Assembly (NCBI GenBank): GCA_051362555.1
Contig: CM120645.1
Coordinates: 15,686,001 to 15,750,000 of the forward strand
Direction: 5' to 3'
DNA from: Lingula anatina
Taxonomy: Eukaryota > Animalia > Brachiopoda
DNA length: 64,000 nucleotides
The notes under the pieces were generated by a model, which searched no databases, was not told the origin of the DNA, and was given only the letters and a program-made list of their open reading frames with translations. Made by a program: the position numbers and the translations under genes. This document shows, one piece after another, positions 1-10,673 of the stretch (its first letter is position 1; the number at the start of each line of letters is the position of its first letter).

Positions 1-41
1 TCCTCTTTGGCTGGTTACAGAATGCTTATAAAAGGGCAGCA

Positions 42-1120
42 GTGCTGCAGAATAAGTCTCTATATTTCGGCAATGTCCAGTCAAATAGTTTGATATTTTG
101 CAGACTGTTAGCTTATCTTACGGTATGTGAACTAACGGCAGCAACTTGCCACACTATTGTTGCATTATGCCAGAATGGACTGAAGCAGACTGCTATTGCC
201 AAACAACTGCATGTGTCCCAGGGTGCAGTTTCTAACGTCTTACAAAAACACGCCCAGACTGGTACATTAACACAGAGACCACGGCCAGGACGTCCTAAAG
301 TCACCACCAGAAGGGTAGACCGCACATATGCTTCTGCGGTTATGTCGCAACAACCGGACAAAGACAACTCTTGCTGTAAAAAATGAGTGGCAAATTACCA
401 TTCAAAAGTATGTTTCTAGAACTCTAGTGAATGCAAGGCTACTTTTAGTTGGCTACCTCTATTAACAGAGCAACACCAACATCTGCGTCTGGGGTGGGCT
501 AGACACCATTTGCGGTTCCAGGCACAGCACTGGGTTCATGTTGATTTTTACAGATGAGGCAGGGTTTGAGTTCCACCACCGTGATGGCTAAATCAGTCAG
601 TAGGCTTCCAGACGAGTTACTGCACGAGGATTGTGTCACACTAGTGACTTGTGGCCGTGGCAGTATCTGTGTATGGGCCGGTTTCCACACTGGAGCCAAA
701 ACACTATTGGTGGCAATTGATGGAAACCTCAACCAGATAAAATAAAAGGACATTTTAGAGAATACTTGCTTGCAATTTGCAAGAAGGTGCTTCCAGGACA
801 ACTTCATCCTGCAAGATGACAATGCCCGACCACATGTACACCGTGCCCATGCAATGGCTGCTTTTCTGCAAAACCAAGAGGTAAACCAGTTGCCTTGGCT
901 GACGGAATTCCCCTGACATGAATTCTATAGAAAACCTGTGGGCATAAATCGCTAGCAGAATCAACAGCTAACCCGTCCAGCCTACAAATCGGCACAAGCT
1001 TAGGCAAGCTCTGACTAATGCGTGTAACACAATACTGGATCAAACTCTCAGAAACCTCTCTGCATGGATCCCTGGCCGAGTGAGGGCTCTGGTTGCAGCT
1101 AGAAGAGGCTGCATGCGTTC
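42..1120 (+). pseudogene. Decayed Tc1/mariner-family transposase (frameshifts and stops)
   Basis: N-terminal HTH-like IAKQLHVSQGAVSNVL...RPRPGRPKVTT; catalytic-domain fragments GRGSICVWAGF, FILQDDNARPH (about 823-853) and LPW..SPDMNSIENLW (about 890-942) spread over different frames. Confidence 0.85.
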
Positions 1121-1659
1121 TTATCAGTTCCCATTTTTCACATTTGTCTTGATGATTCTGTTGTGTAAGAGAAAATCCTTACCAACTGATATTCTTGATA
1201 ATATCGAGTTCATAAGTATTTAATACTTTGTTGTTATCAGCTATAAAATTATCCGTGCGCTGTTTATAACGCTGATTTGAATACGCGTTTTTAAATTAAA
1301 TTTTTGATGATGTATTCACATGGATTGATTTATTAAAGCCATATCGAACATGATAACAAGTGTTTTTTCATCCATTACTTATATATGGGAAAAAATCAAA
1401 GAAAATATGTTTGAAAAAAATCCATTTAAATGTCAAGTCCGTACATTGCATCACATGAATTACTTGATTCAGCAAATCCCTCCATTGCATAAATAAGGAA
1501 ATCTTTTTTAAATCTAGGTAAAAGGGGCAGTTGTGTGATCCAATATGTTTACATCCCAATGGCAGCGCAGTGTTTAATTGCAAAATTCAATTCAGATTCG
1601 AATAATTGCTACAGTGTGACAGTGTAGCACTCATTGCTGATTTGATTATAGTGAAAATG

Positions 1660-2298
1660 TCTTAACCACTTTCCCTAACGCTGAAAACATAGGTGTGGGC
1701 ACTTCATATGTCATGTCTGCTTGCCTAGTTAACATATGAGCAGTTCTGAAGACAGGTTCTAACTATCAGCAGATTGACTTGTGTTTGACGGATACAGGGA
1801 AGAAACAATAAAGGTGATACTCGGGCACGATTCACAAAGTTAGTGCTACCCATCAGACAAGACATCTGATTTATCACATTCCCTGACCCTGAGAACATAG
1901 GTGTAGACACTTCTTTTGTCATATTTGCTTGCCTAGTTACAGAGATACAGAAGTAAAACGGTTTTTCAGTAATGGCGATCCTAATTTGCATATTTAGGAA
2001 AATTACGTAAATCTGATTGTAACAGAAACATCTTAATAATGTTCCTCGACCCTGAAAATATAGGTAAAGACACTTCATTTGTCATATTTGCCTGTCTAGT
2101 TCCAGAGATATTGCAGAAAATAGGAAATCTGGCGGCCATTTTGTTTTTTGCAAATTAGACCGTTAAAAACGCAAAATTTCGCTTGGGAACCGGGTTAATC
2201 GGATTCAGCATCCCAAAATTATGCTAATAAACCTGGTTTCCAACTTTTACCCCAAAATGCCCCTACTATTCATCTTTTGTGGAAATCCCACTAGACTA
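1660..2298. mobile_element. End of a non-autonomous DNA transposon with three subterminal ~65-bp repeats (possibly Academ-like terminus)
   Basis: Repeat ccctga..ctgaaaacataggtgt.gacacttc..ttgtcatatttgcttgcctagtt at about 1672, 1881 and 2044; ends in cccactagacta exactly where homology to the duplicated unit (taatgctcctagaatgtg) begins. Family assignment is from memory of the terminus only. Confidence 0.4.
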
Positions 2299-2501
2299 TA
2301 ATGCTCCTAGAATGTGGATCCTACTATAGTACCAGACATTGAACGAGCAGGTATGGAAAACAATTTTGACCAAGCTCCATTCAGTGTACCGACATACAAA
2401 AAGATTAATAAGGCTTCAGCATAAGTGTGTGTGGCTTCGGCAAATGAGAGATAAAGAAAAATACAAAAAACAAATATAAAGAACATTCCCAAGTAATTTA
2501 T

Positions 2502-2686
2502 TGAAATTATAATTTTAACTACCTGAATCATAGTTCTAAATCGCACCAAATGGCACCATTCGCCCTCTAAAATACAAATTTTAAAGCGGGCCCCGAACCC
2601 CACGCCAAGGGGAGAGGAGGGTCGGCTTCGCATCCGCCGCCCCCCCCCCCCCCCCCCCCCTTCAAATAATCCTGGATCCGCCCCTG
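2502..2686 (-). mobile_element. Partial MITE of the caggggcggatccagg family
   Basis: Reverse complement of the 5' part of the element at 10396-10671; terminus ggatccgcccctg. Confidence 0.65.
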
Positions 2687-3088
2687 AACTCGTGACAGGC
2701 AGCCACTGTCAAAAAAAGAATGCTAGTATTCATTGCAGACAGAATACATTTTTCTTCTTCTATGCTTGTCAAGTTATGTCATAAGCTAAGATTCAGTTAG
2801 TGTGGAAATTAATTAACACGTAAATTATAATTATCAAGTCGACCTGCCACAAAAATTACCTCTGTGTCTACCCAGCTTCTTATGGTAATCACTGACAAAT
2901 ACAAGAAAAATGAAGGTGAACTGTAATATCTTTCGAATTTTGTTTAGTGAAAGAGCACCGTTTCAGCTTTGGGACGAGTTTTTGGTGTGGATTGTTTACG
3001 TATGTTATTGACTTCAAACTTACAGGTTTGGGACCGAAGCTTGGAGTGAACATCACATACTAATTGTAGATTAATTAGCGTATAATAT

Positions 3089-3850
3089 CAGAAGGAAAAG
3101 AAGAGTTAAAATCGATGTGTAATCAGAAGAGAGGTTGTCAGGTAAGTTATTAATATAAAGGTGAAAGAGCAGTGGACCGAGGATGCTACCTTGAGGGACG
3201 TTGGCTTCAATATGGCCTTCTTCAGTTGATTCGGATAACGTGCCATTAACAGATACATGTACCCTCACCTTTCTGTTCTGCAGGTATGACGGTAAAGTGA
3301 AAATAAATTACCTTCAAACCCGTATGCTGACAATTTAAGTAATAACAGTTTATGCTTGACTCTGTCGAAGGCTTCCGAAACAAACAAATCAAGAAATATT
3401 CTCTAATGTCCCGTCCTTTTTTCTAAGGTTACTTCTTATCAAATTTTGAATTGCCAGTAGCTGATGCTATGGCCTTTGAGAAATCCAGATTGTCCATTAA
3501 ACAGTAAATTGTTATTTATAACATGATTGATCATATTTTTATATATTATTTTTTCTTACATCTTTGATACCACACTTAGTAGTGAAACATGCCTATAATT
3601 TTCGATGCAGCTTTTATTACCTTTTTTATAAATCGGGCATATGTAAGTCGTTTTCCATATATCCGGAAAAGGTACTGCTCTGTAAAATGTATTCCAATAG
3701 AACACGTAATGGTTTCGCAATAATATCTCTGCTGATTTTGAGCATTGTAATCGTTACAGAGTCTGGAACACTTGCCTTTGAGGTATCCAAGCTAGCAATT
3801 ATTGATCTGATCTCCGTATCAGTCACATCCACCTCAGTTTCACTTGTTCT
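3089..3850 (-). mobile_element. Decayed non-LTR retrotransposon reverse transcriptase fragment (CR1/L2-like)
   Basis: VTDTEIRSIIASLDTSKASVPDSV, PIYKK.N..ENYR.VSLLSVVSK, AFDRV.HKLLLLKL and VPQGSILGPLLFHLYINNLP motifs across broken frames; absent from the paralogous positions (about 11695 and 15325). Confidence 0.85.
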
Positions 3851-4827
3851 GGGGGGGGGGGGGGGGGGGGGTGAGAGAGAAGAATAGCGTTGCAATGTCA
3901 GTCTCATCGTCAGAGTGATCTTTCTGTGAGAAATGCTTCAGAAATTTTTCCAACCCAGTATATGCAAAGAGGTGACCAAGTGATCTCAGCAGAGATCAAA
4001 TATGGCCGACCCACTAGAATGCTAACTGTTAACAGAACTCTCAAAGGTCTTGTCACCAGTGACAATCGCTGAAAAGTAGCACCGGTCTCACATCACTCTT
4101 GCTAGGTAAGGTTTGAGGAATTTTTCATCTGCATGACAGAGAGCTTATGGCTTCATGTGAATTGCTTAAGCGATCAAAGCTGAGCACTACCGACTCGGGA
4201 CAGTTCCCAAAATTTAGTGATCGCCGTGCAGGCCTTGAAAGGATATCAGTAATATTCGGCATATCCCAACACGTTCTTACCTGTATCTCAATAATCTCTT
4301 CACTAAATGCCATGAGGTTTACTTCAAATTCTGAATCATAATATGACAGAGTGTAGCAAAAGTGAAAAGATCAACACGAGTTTCGACATCATTACCTGCA
4401 TACGAATAATGTTACTTTCTATACAGCAGTGTCGAAGGGAATATTCACGACAGGGACCCTGGGAGGCAATTTGATTTTGTTGGACAATATAATGGAACTG
4501 AAAGTTTTTTTACTAATTGACCGATTGATACTGATGGATAATCAAACTACTGACGATATTTCAACGTGACCACCATGAGATACTTGAGACTCTAGCTCCA
4601 TCCCACTCCTCTGATGGTGTATATGCAGATTATGCTTGTTGCAAGATTGCCCAATCAAATTCAGTAGCAACTTTCATCTGTTAAAGCAACTGTCGTCAGT
4701 TAGATGATATGAAAATGTTTTACATATACCTAGTTTTGGCCTAACAGATAGTAGGAAAGCGCGTCTATCAGTGTAACTAATATGAAAAACAGAAATATAC
4801 TAAAGAGAGTTGAGATTTAATGTTTTA

Positions 4828-5051
4828 GGGTGCATTCTCAGAGATTTAGATCGATCCAGAGATTTAGATTTAGATCGACCTAACTCCTGGGGGTTCACGC
4901 TAAATTGCAGTCAGCCGAGCGCGCACCATAGTTAATTACCCCCTTACAGCTTTTAGTAGGCGGAACAGACGCTTAAGCCGGCTAAGCTGACAGTAATCTA
5001 GTGAGAATCCCCACAGGGATATATCGATCTAAAATCTATGGGAATGGGGTC
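4828..5051. mobile_element. PIF/Harbinger-type MITE
   Basis: Imperfect TIRs gggtgcattc / gaatggggtc; TTA target duplication (4825-4827, 5052-5054); empty site in copy B near 17980; near-identical copy at 6207-6432. Confidence 0.75.
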
Positions 5052-5099
5052 TTAGACCATTATGAAAATCAATGACGTCCCAAAACGTAGCTGTGCATC

Positions 5100-5225
5100 G
5101 ATTTATTGGACAAATAGGGAGTTTTCTGCCAAAGAATATGATTGGATAATTCATGTAAAGCAGTCACAGCCGACACTGAGTATTCTCATTTAAAGGTGCA
5201 GTCCGCCAAACGTTTCATCAGACCA
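5100..5225 (+). promoter_or_regulatory. Putative core promoter of secreted gene A
   Basis: Two ATTGG (reverse CCAAT) boxes near 5106 and 5141; TATA-like catttaaag 5187-5195 about 31 nt before Inr-like tcAgac (A5220); 83 nt upstream of the ATG; same layout in copy B. Confidence 0.45.
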
Positions 5226-5302
5226 ACAGACTCGATCTGACATCCAACAGACCTGCAATTTTCCAGAAATTAATTCATCAGCGGTAGAACTATCGTCTGA
5301 AG

Positions 5303-8300
5303 ATGAAGATCACAAGTACCATGCTCGTTTGTGTTGTTTTGATGATGGCGAAACTTTGTGCAGTCGGCGATGCTCGTAAGTACTAAACTTATCGTTTTAG
5401 CTGGATCGATCCAACTTTGCAGGAGATTTTCTCTAAGTGTTGGGGGTGGTCGGCTCATGCCCTAGTTAGATTCCACTTTACCAAAATAACACGATTCAGA
5501 GCTGGGCCTCCGAAGACGTGTGTTTTGACAGCGCCCCTTGCAGAGTTGAGGGCGGCTTTTAGAGTGTGTTAGGCTTCTCGCCTTTATTATGAGGAAAGAT
5601 CGTTTCTGATAGGTAGGTAGATAGGTGTCTTGTCTACCTAGTATGAGATTTATATATATATATAGGGTGCCCTGAAAAGGTCATTCCGTGATTGGTACGA
5701 TAGAGGCGTGTCGCCTGTTGAGGGAAGGGGGAGGGTGCACTAGTTGCAGATAGCAATATTTTCCATCTACAGTTCTCCGCTCTACCAACTGAGCTATCGC
5801 GAGTCGACCGCCGACTCTTGAGCCATTCATACCGTCCAGCTCGTATCCCATTTGTTGTGGAGGAGAACTCCTCAACAGGATAAAGCATCTTAGACTGAAC
5901 GGAGACACCTTTGCTGACCGCCTCCGTCCCTAAATGTTTTTTTTTTATCTCGGACTCTGCAGCTGATGAAAGTCACTTGTTGACCGAAAAGCGATTTCTG
6001 CAACCAGTCCACCCTCCCCCTTCCCTCAACAGGCGAGACGCCTCTATCGTACCAATCACGAAAAGCCCTTTTCAGGGCACCCTATATATATATATATATA
6101 TATCGGTATCTATAAATCTCATACTAGGTAGACGAGACACCTATCTACCTACCTATCAGAAACGATCTTTCCTCATAATAAAGGCAAGAAGCCTATCACA
6201 CTCTAAGGGTGCTTTCCCAGAGATTTAGATCGATCTAAAGATTAAGTTTTAGATCGACCTAACTCCTAAGGGGTTCACGCTAAATTGCAGTCAGCCGAGA
6301 GGGCACCATAGTTAATTACCCCCTTACAGCTTTTAGTAGGCGGGACAGACGTTTAAGCCGGCCAAGCTGACAGTAATCTAGTGAGACTCCCCGCAGGGAT
6401 AGATCGACCTACAAATCTATGGAAATGGGCTGTAAAAGCCGCTCTCAACTCTGCAAGGGGCGCTGTCAAAACACACGTCCTCGGAGGCCCAGCTCTGAAT
6501 CGTGTTATTTTGGTAAAGTGGAATCTAACTAGGGCATAAGCCGACCACCCCCATCACGTAAGTGCAATCACTGTTATTGGCTTAAATGCCAGACACAACT
6601 CTAGCTGCTAGGGGCTAATAAGCCGCGCGCACACGAAAGTGAATTATCCCCTAGCATCAAGGAATCGTGTCATACAATTAAACTGATTACACTATCAGCA
6701 ATTAAGCGGGGTTGGATCGATCCAGGTGGTACGATGTTTGAATCTTTATACATTGCTACAAGGTACTCATAGATTTAATATTAAGTACAGGGGCGATCCA
6801 GGATTATTTGATGGGGGGTCCGGAACGACAGGCCTCGGATGCGAAGCCGACCATCGCCCCCTTGGTGTGGGGTTTGGGGTCTGCTCAAGGGTCCTGTAAA
6901 CAGTGCCCTTTGGTACGGTTTAGAACTTAAAAAAAATGGCGTTTTAAACACTTTTATCTAAACACAGAAACTATATAACTTGTCTGCATCTATCCTTAAA
7001 AGTTCAGGTCTGTGTATTGCTTTGTGAAAGTTAAGTTTTCGCTGATTTATCTTTTTTCCTTTTCAACATGAAATGTTTTTCACTGTTCTGGTTCTCACCC
7101 AAGGGTTTCATTCTTTTAATCACCTAATCGATAATTTTCATATTTTTCACTGCAGCTCTGATGATAGAATCCCATTTCCATTGTTCATCTGGCATGCTGT
7201 TGTGTAAAAGTCATTTATTCATTCACTACAGAACCATGTGTTACATTACTAAGAAAATCACCCAGCCCTTCGGGCTTATAAGACGCTTAATGTACATAAC
7301 CGTTCTTGTCATTTATGATATATTGTGGCTATATATTTTGCGAGTACATTTTTGCTTTTTTTTTTCCTTCAGAGGCAGCGGGATGTTGTAAGTAGAACAT
7401 CAAACTTCGTATATTATGATCTACAGTTTGTTTCCAATCTATAGAGAGAAATCACACTGGTTTTATCATTTTTAAAGAAAGCGTTACAGCAATGAATTAT
7501 AGTTCACTTATCACGTTATAGGCTCTTTCAAAGTGCATAGCAAACAGGAAAACTTCATATTGTGAAATGTTGTGTATTTTGGTGTCGAAATAAAGATTTT
7601 TACTCAAATAAATCAAAATCTATTTAAAATGCATGCATTTTCAAAGTATCTCATCCTTTTTTAATTTTTCAGCTCAACTTCCACAACGGTGCTGTGAGTA
7701 TGGTATTGCATTAAGCGAGAAGTAAATTTAAATCTCAGTTATTTTCTGTCTGACAAGCTTTTATTTTATTCCATTAGATTGCATTTCAGTTATAAGGTAT
7801 GGAAATGCATGTTTTCCCGTGCTACAGTATTTATATCAGTAAAGACCGCAATCATTAAGTGGCATTAGGAGCCTCACAGATATAATGGTCATATCCTCGG
7901 GTTCATCTTCAATAAGCATACATAAAGTGTATTAAAAAAAACAGATAAAATGATGTAACATTATGCAGCTTGACATGTAAAAGGGATGAAGCTTATTTTG
8001 TGCTTTCCTTCTTTTTTGCAGCATATCCGTTAATTTTGCGACCGTTTTGAAAGTAAATTAAACAGTATGTTTTCACTTCCAGCGTACATTCAGGAAATCG
8101 AGTGTGACGGCACAACTCACTCGTTCTCCGGCAGCTATCATCCCACGGATGCGGATCTGACATCGCTGCGATACTCCATCACTTCCTATGGCAATAGGAA
8201 CATCGTTGTATCCACTTGCAACACCGCCGACTTCGACACACAACTGGCTCTTTTTGAGTGTTCTGCGTTAGTTCAAGTTGAATCAGCTTGGAATGGGACA

Positions 8301-8468
8301 TGCGGCAAATACATCCGGGACAGTCTGTACCACAATGACGACGCCACCGGGTGCGACATGACCTCTAAACTCATGATCCGTCCAATCCAGATAGAAAGTG
8401 GGACGTACATAATAGGTGTGGGCGCGTATAGTGTTGGCGGGGACTTTAACGTCACCATCTCTTGTTAG
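5303..8468 (+). CDS. Secreted cysteine-rich protein A (164 aa): signal peptide, two micro-exons and a PPC-like beta-sandwich domain
   Basis: Exons 5303-5375 (MKITSTMLVCVVLMMAKLCAVGDA, donor gtaagt), 7373-7387, 7673-7693 (donor gtgagt) and 8083-8468; all GT-AG and phase 1; 495 nt open to TAG; AATAAA at about 8488 and 8669; splice sites conserved in paralogue B. Confidence 0.75.
5767..5803 (-). pseudogene. 5' half of tRNA-Tyr(GTA), truncated
   Basis: Reverse complement ctcgcgatagctcagttggtagagcggagaactgtag has the A-box/D-arm and the anticodon loop CTGTAG; followed by intron-like atggaaaatattgct; no T-arm or B-box. Confidence 0.75.
5958..6002 (+). ncRNA. Minimal type I hammerhead ribozyme (Penelope-type)
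   Basis: tgcag-CTGATGA-a-agtca cttgt tgacc-GAAA-a gcga t-TT-ctgca: stem I tgcag/ctgca, stem II gtca/tgac, very short stem III; one A.C mismatch at the base of stem II. Confidence 0.65.
6207..6432. mobile_element. PIF/Harbinger-type MITE nested in the right inverted arm
   Basis: TAA duplication (6204-6206, 6433-6435); the left arm shows the empty site; same family as 4828-5051. Confidence 0.8.
6788..6927 (+). mobile_element. Partial MITE of the caggggcggatccagg family
   Basis: Matches the 5' part of 10396-10671. Confidence 0.55.
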
Positions 8469-8931
8469 AGATGCCATGGCCCAGCGTAATAAAACTGAGA
8501 GTGACTTGCTCGAGACCAGCAAAGTTGCTTAAGACTCCAGTTTTATGGCCAGATTTATTCCAGAACATATTAAGCTCATAAGCCAACACAGTCACAGATT
8601 TATTAACTGCAAAAAAAAAAAAAAAAATGATCAAGTTGAAATGACGATTGTATCTCTTCTTAAGTCATGAATAAAATGTCTACTGCTTTAAAATCTATTT
8701 CGTTAGTTTTATTTGAAAGCAAAACTTCACACTGATGTTTTATAAAGGAAAAATGTGTTCAATTTAAATTGTCATGAATTAAAAAAATTCTGTCAAAGGT
8801 TAAAATAATAATAATAACATATTTTCTGCAATTCCAACCCCGAGGTTGAGGTTTTTACAAAGAATGCAATCATCTCTTATTAATATATATATACGTCATT
8901 AGCATGTATAAGAAAAACAATATAGGTCAAT

Positions 8932-9387
8932 GAGGCCTTCTTTTTGGTTCGGAAATTGTCGCGAACGGACAACAAAAATGGATTATAAATTCAAATCCAC
9001 CCTTGTGTATATATCTCATACACTTTGCTTGTTATATAATCTAGACTCGGAGAATAAAGCAAGTCCTCACAAGGTGCTCATATTAAGAAGAATTTTGATT
9101 TAGTCTGTTCCAAATTCTGGGCAAATCAGGCCCACTGTTTTATGTTCGTTGTAAGAAAAATCTTTAAAGTATTTGTTAGTCTAGACGGAGCTCCTCTAAA
9201 TCGTTTCAAACCATTTCCAAGATTGCGAGTATAATGTATGTATATAGATCTTTTGAAAAGAGTCTAAATAGTAAATATTGAAAACCGTTTACCACACTGA
9301 ATGCGACAATTCTTTGTTAGTGGTATTTCAAAGGCATAACATTTTTGTTGTCCGTGCGCGACAATTTCCAACCAAAAAGAAGGCCTC
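8932..9387. mobile_element. Element bounded by ~48-bp inverted repeats (8932-8980 and 9340-9387)
   Basis: gaggccttctttttggttcggaaattgtcgcgaacggacaacaaaaatg and its reverse complement; the left arm is missing in copy B (about 21425). Confidence 0.45.
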
Positions 9388-9391
9388 TATA

Positions 9392-9607
9392 AAACCCCCT
9401 TTACACTGGAGGGCGTCCTTTGTGCGTCCTTTCTGACGCACATATAACTGGCATCTCAGTGGTCGTAAAAAGGAGGCACAAGCATCACTTTGGTTGCAAA
9501 ATGAATGCTCAATGATCGGCCAGTAGTCGGCACGTCAAGTATTTTTTTCTCTCAAACGAGGCCGTACTACGGACACAGAAAGGATGCCGCCCAGTGTAAA
9601 TGGGGCT
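9392..9607. mobile_element. MITE with TIRs (Harbinger-like); paralogous copy at about 21827-22041
   Basis: cccctttacactggagggcgtcctt ... aaggatgccgcccagtgtaaatgggg. Confidence 0.6.
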
Positions 9608-10395
9608 TAAAGCGTAGACCCAAAGTGTGTGTGTGAGCCGGGGGGGGGTCTACCTTGATCGATGGCAGCCTCATCGATGGCAGCCACAGTCTCATCAAAA
9701 GATATTTCTTTGTTTGATTTTCTTAAACCAGAATAATGATTACATTCATAATTAAAATATTAATTATCTTCAACCCCAGTGCAACGGTCACAATTTTTCT
9801 CACTATACTATGTATGTATCTCTCTTTTCTGTCATTTTAAAACGTATGAACCAAAGTTCAGAACTTGGCATACACCAGTGTAATACATGTACACTGTTTT
9901 GGCAAGTTTGTCCCACCGTCCTAATACAGTATTCCAAAAGGCAAAAAGTTCGTCTTGGTATTGGCCTAAGTTACGTCATTAACTTTGACATATTTTAATA
10001 GAGTACTATGATTGTGTACTTTGATTTGGTACAAAAATCCCGCAAATGTTACCATAAACAAACTACATGTACCTCTACAAAATCTTTTTAAATCTAAGTA
10101 ACTTTTTTGAAAATAATGAAAAAAACTGGAGTCAGAAAAAAAATCTCGTATATGCAAAATAACCCCCTCCCCCTCCCCTCTCCCCCCGCCCCACTTTAGT
10201 AGGCTAATATATGATTGGCAGGAAGTAATGTTCATATGAGAGATTTGTTATGGTGATGATCTTAATGGCCTTGATGATCTTAGTGTTGATTAAATAATCT
10301 TATCAAAGTTTTCGGTTGTCAACTGGTGAGAAAGAAATTTTCTGCACTAACAATCTTTCCACTTCAGAGATGCTCTGCACATGACATGGCTTTTA

Positions 10396-10671
10396 CAAGG
10401 GCGGATCCAGGATTATTTGAAGGGGGGCTCAGCGGATGCAAAGCACCCTCTTCCCCCCCCCCCCCCCCCCCCCCCCCTTGGCGCTGGGTTTGGGGCCCGC
10501 CGAAGGACCCCGAACATTTTGGGTATTTTAAAGGGCGAACGGTGCCATTTGGTATGGTTTAAAAATATGATTCAGCTAGTCAAAATTCTAATTTCAAGAG
10601 GGGCCATTGGTGTGATTTTTTCAGAAATCGAAGGGATGGGGGGGGGGAAGGACCCCCTGACACCGCCACTG
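10396..10671 (+). mobile_element. MITE with CAG(G/T)GGCG termini; 3' remnant also at about 14112-14237
   Basis: caagggcgg ... ccgccactg termini with G/C homopolymer runs; four related pieces in the window. Confidence 0.6.
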
Positions 10672-10673
10672 TA

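Larger units (their letters stand above)
5437..6557. mobile_element. Penelope-like retroelement remnant: ~310-bp inverted repeat arms (5437-5749 and 5997-6557, the latter with a nested MITE)
   Basis: Arms are reverse complements (e.g. gattccactttaccaaaataacacgattcagagctgggcctccga); hammerhead motif at the inner end of the right arm; absent from copy B. Confidence 0.6.
2299..10098 (+). repeat. Segmental duplication unit, copy A
   Basis: Colinear with 14240-23055 (2299~14240, 2687~14898, 4024~17096, 5303~18220, 6945~19124, 8083~20309, 10091~23048), interrupted by copy-specific insertions. Confidence 0.9.

Noticed and set aside
5060-5300. Apparent lectin-like peptides (CASIYW, DNSCK..KRFI)
   Set aside because: Frames are broken and the region fits better as CCAAT/TATA/Inr promoter plus 5' UTR
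5767-5803. Functional tRNA-Tyr gene
   Set aside because: No 3' half, T-arm or terminator
8067-8082. ORF-track starts MFSLPA (also at 20293)
   Set aside because: These codons are the polypyrimidine tract and AG acceptor; the true start is the upstream signal-peptide exon
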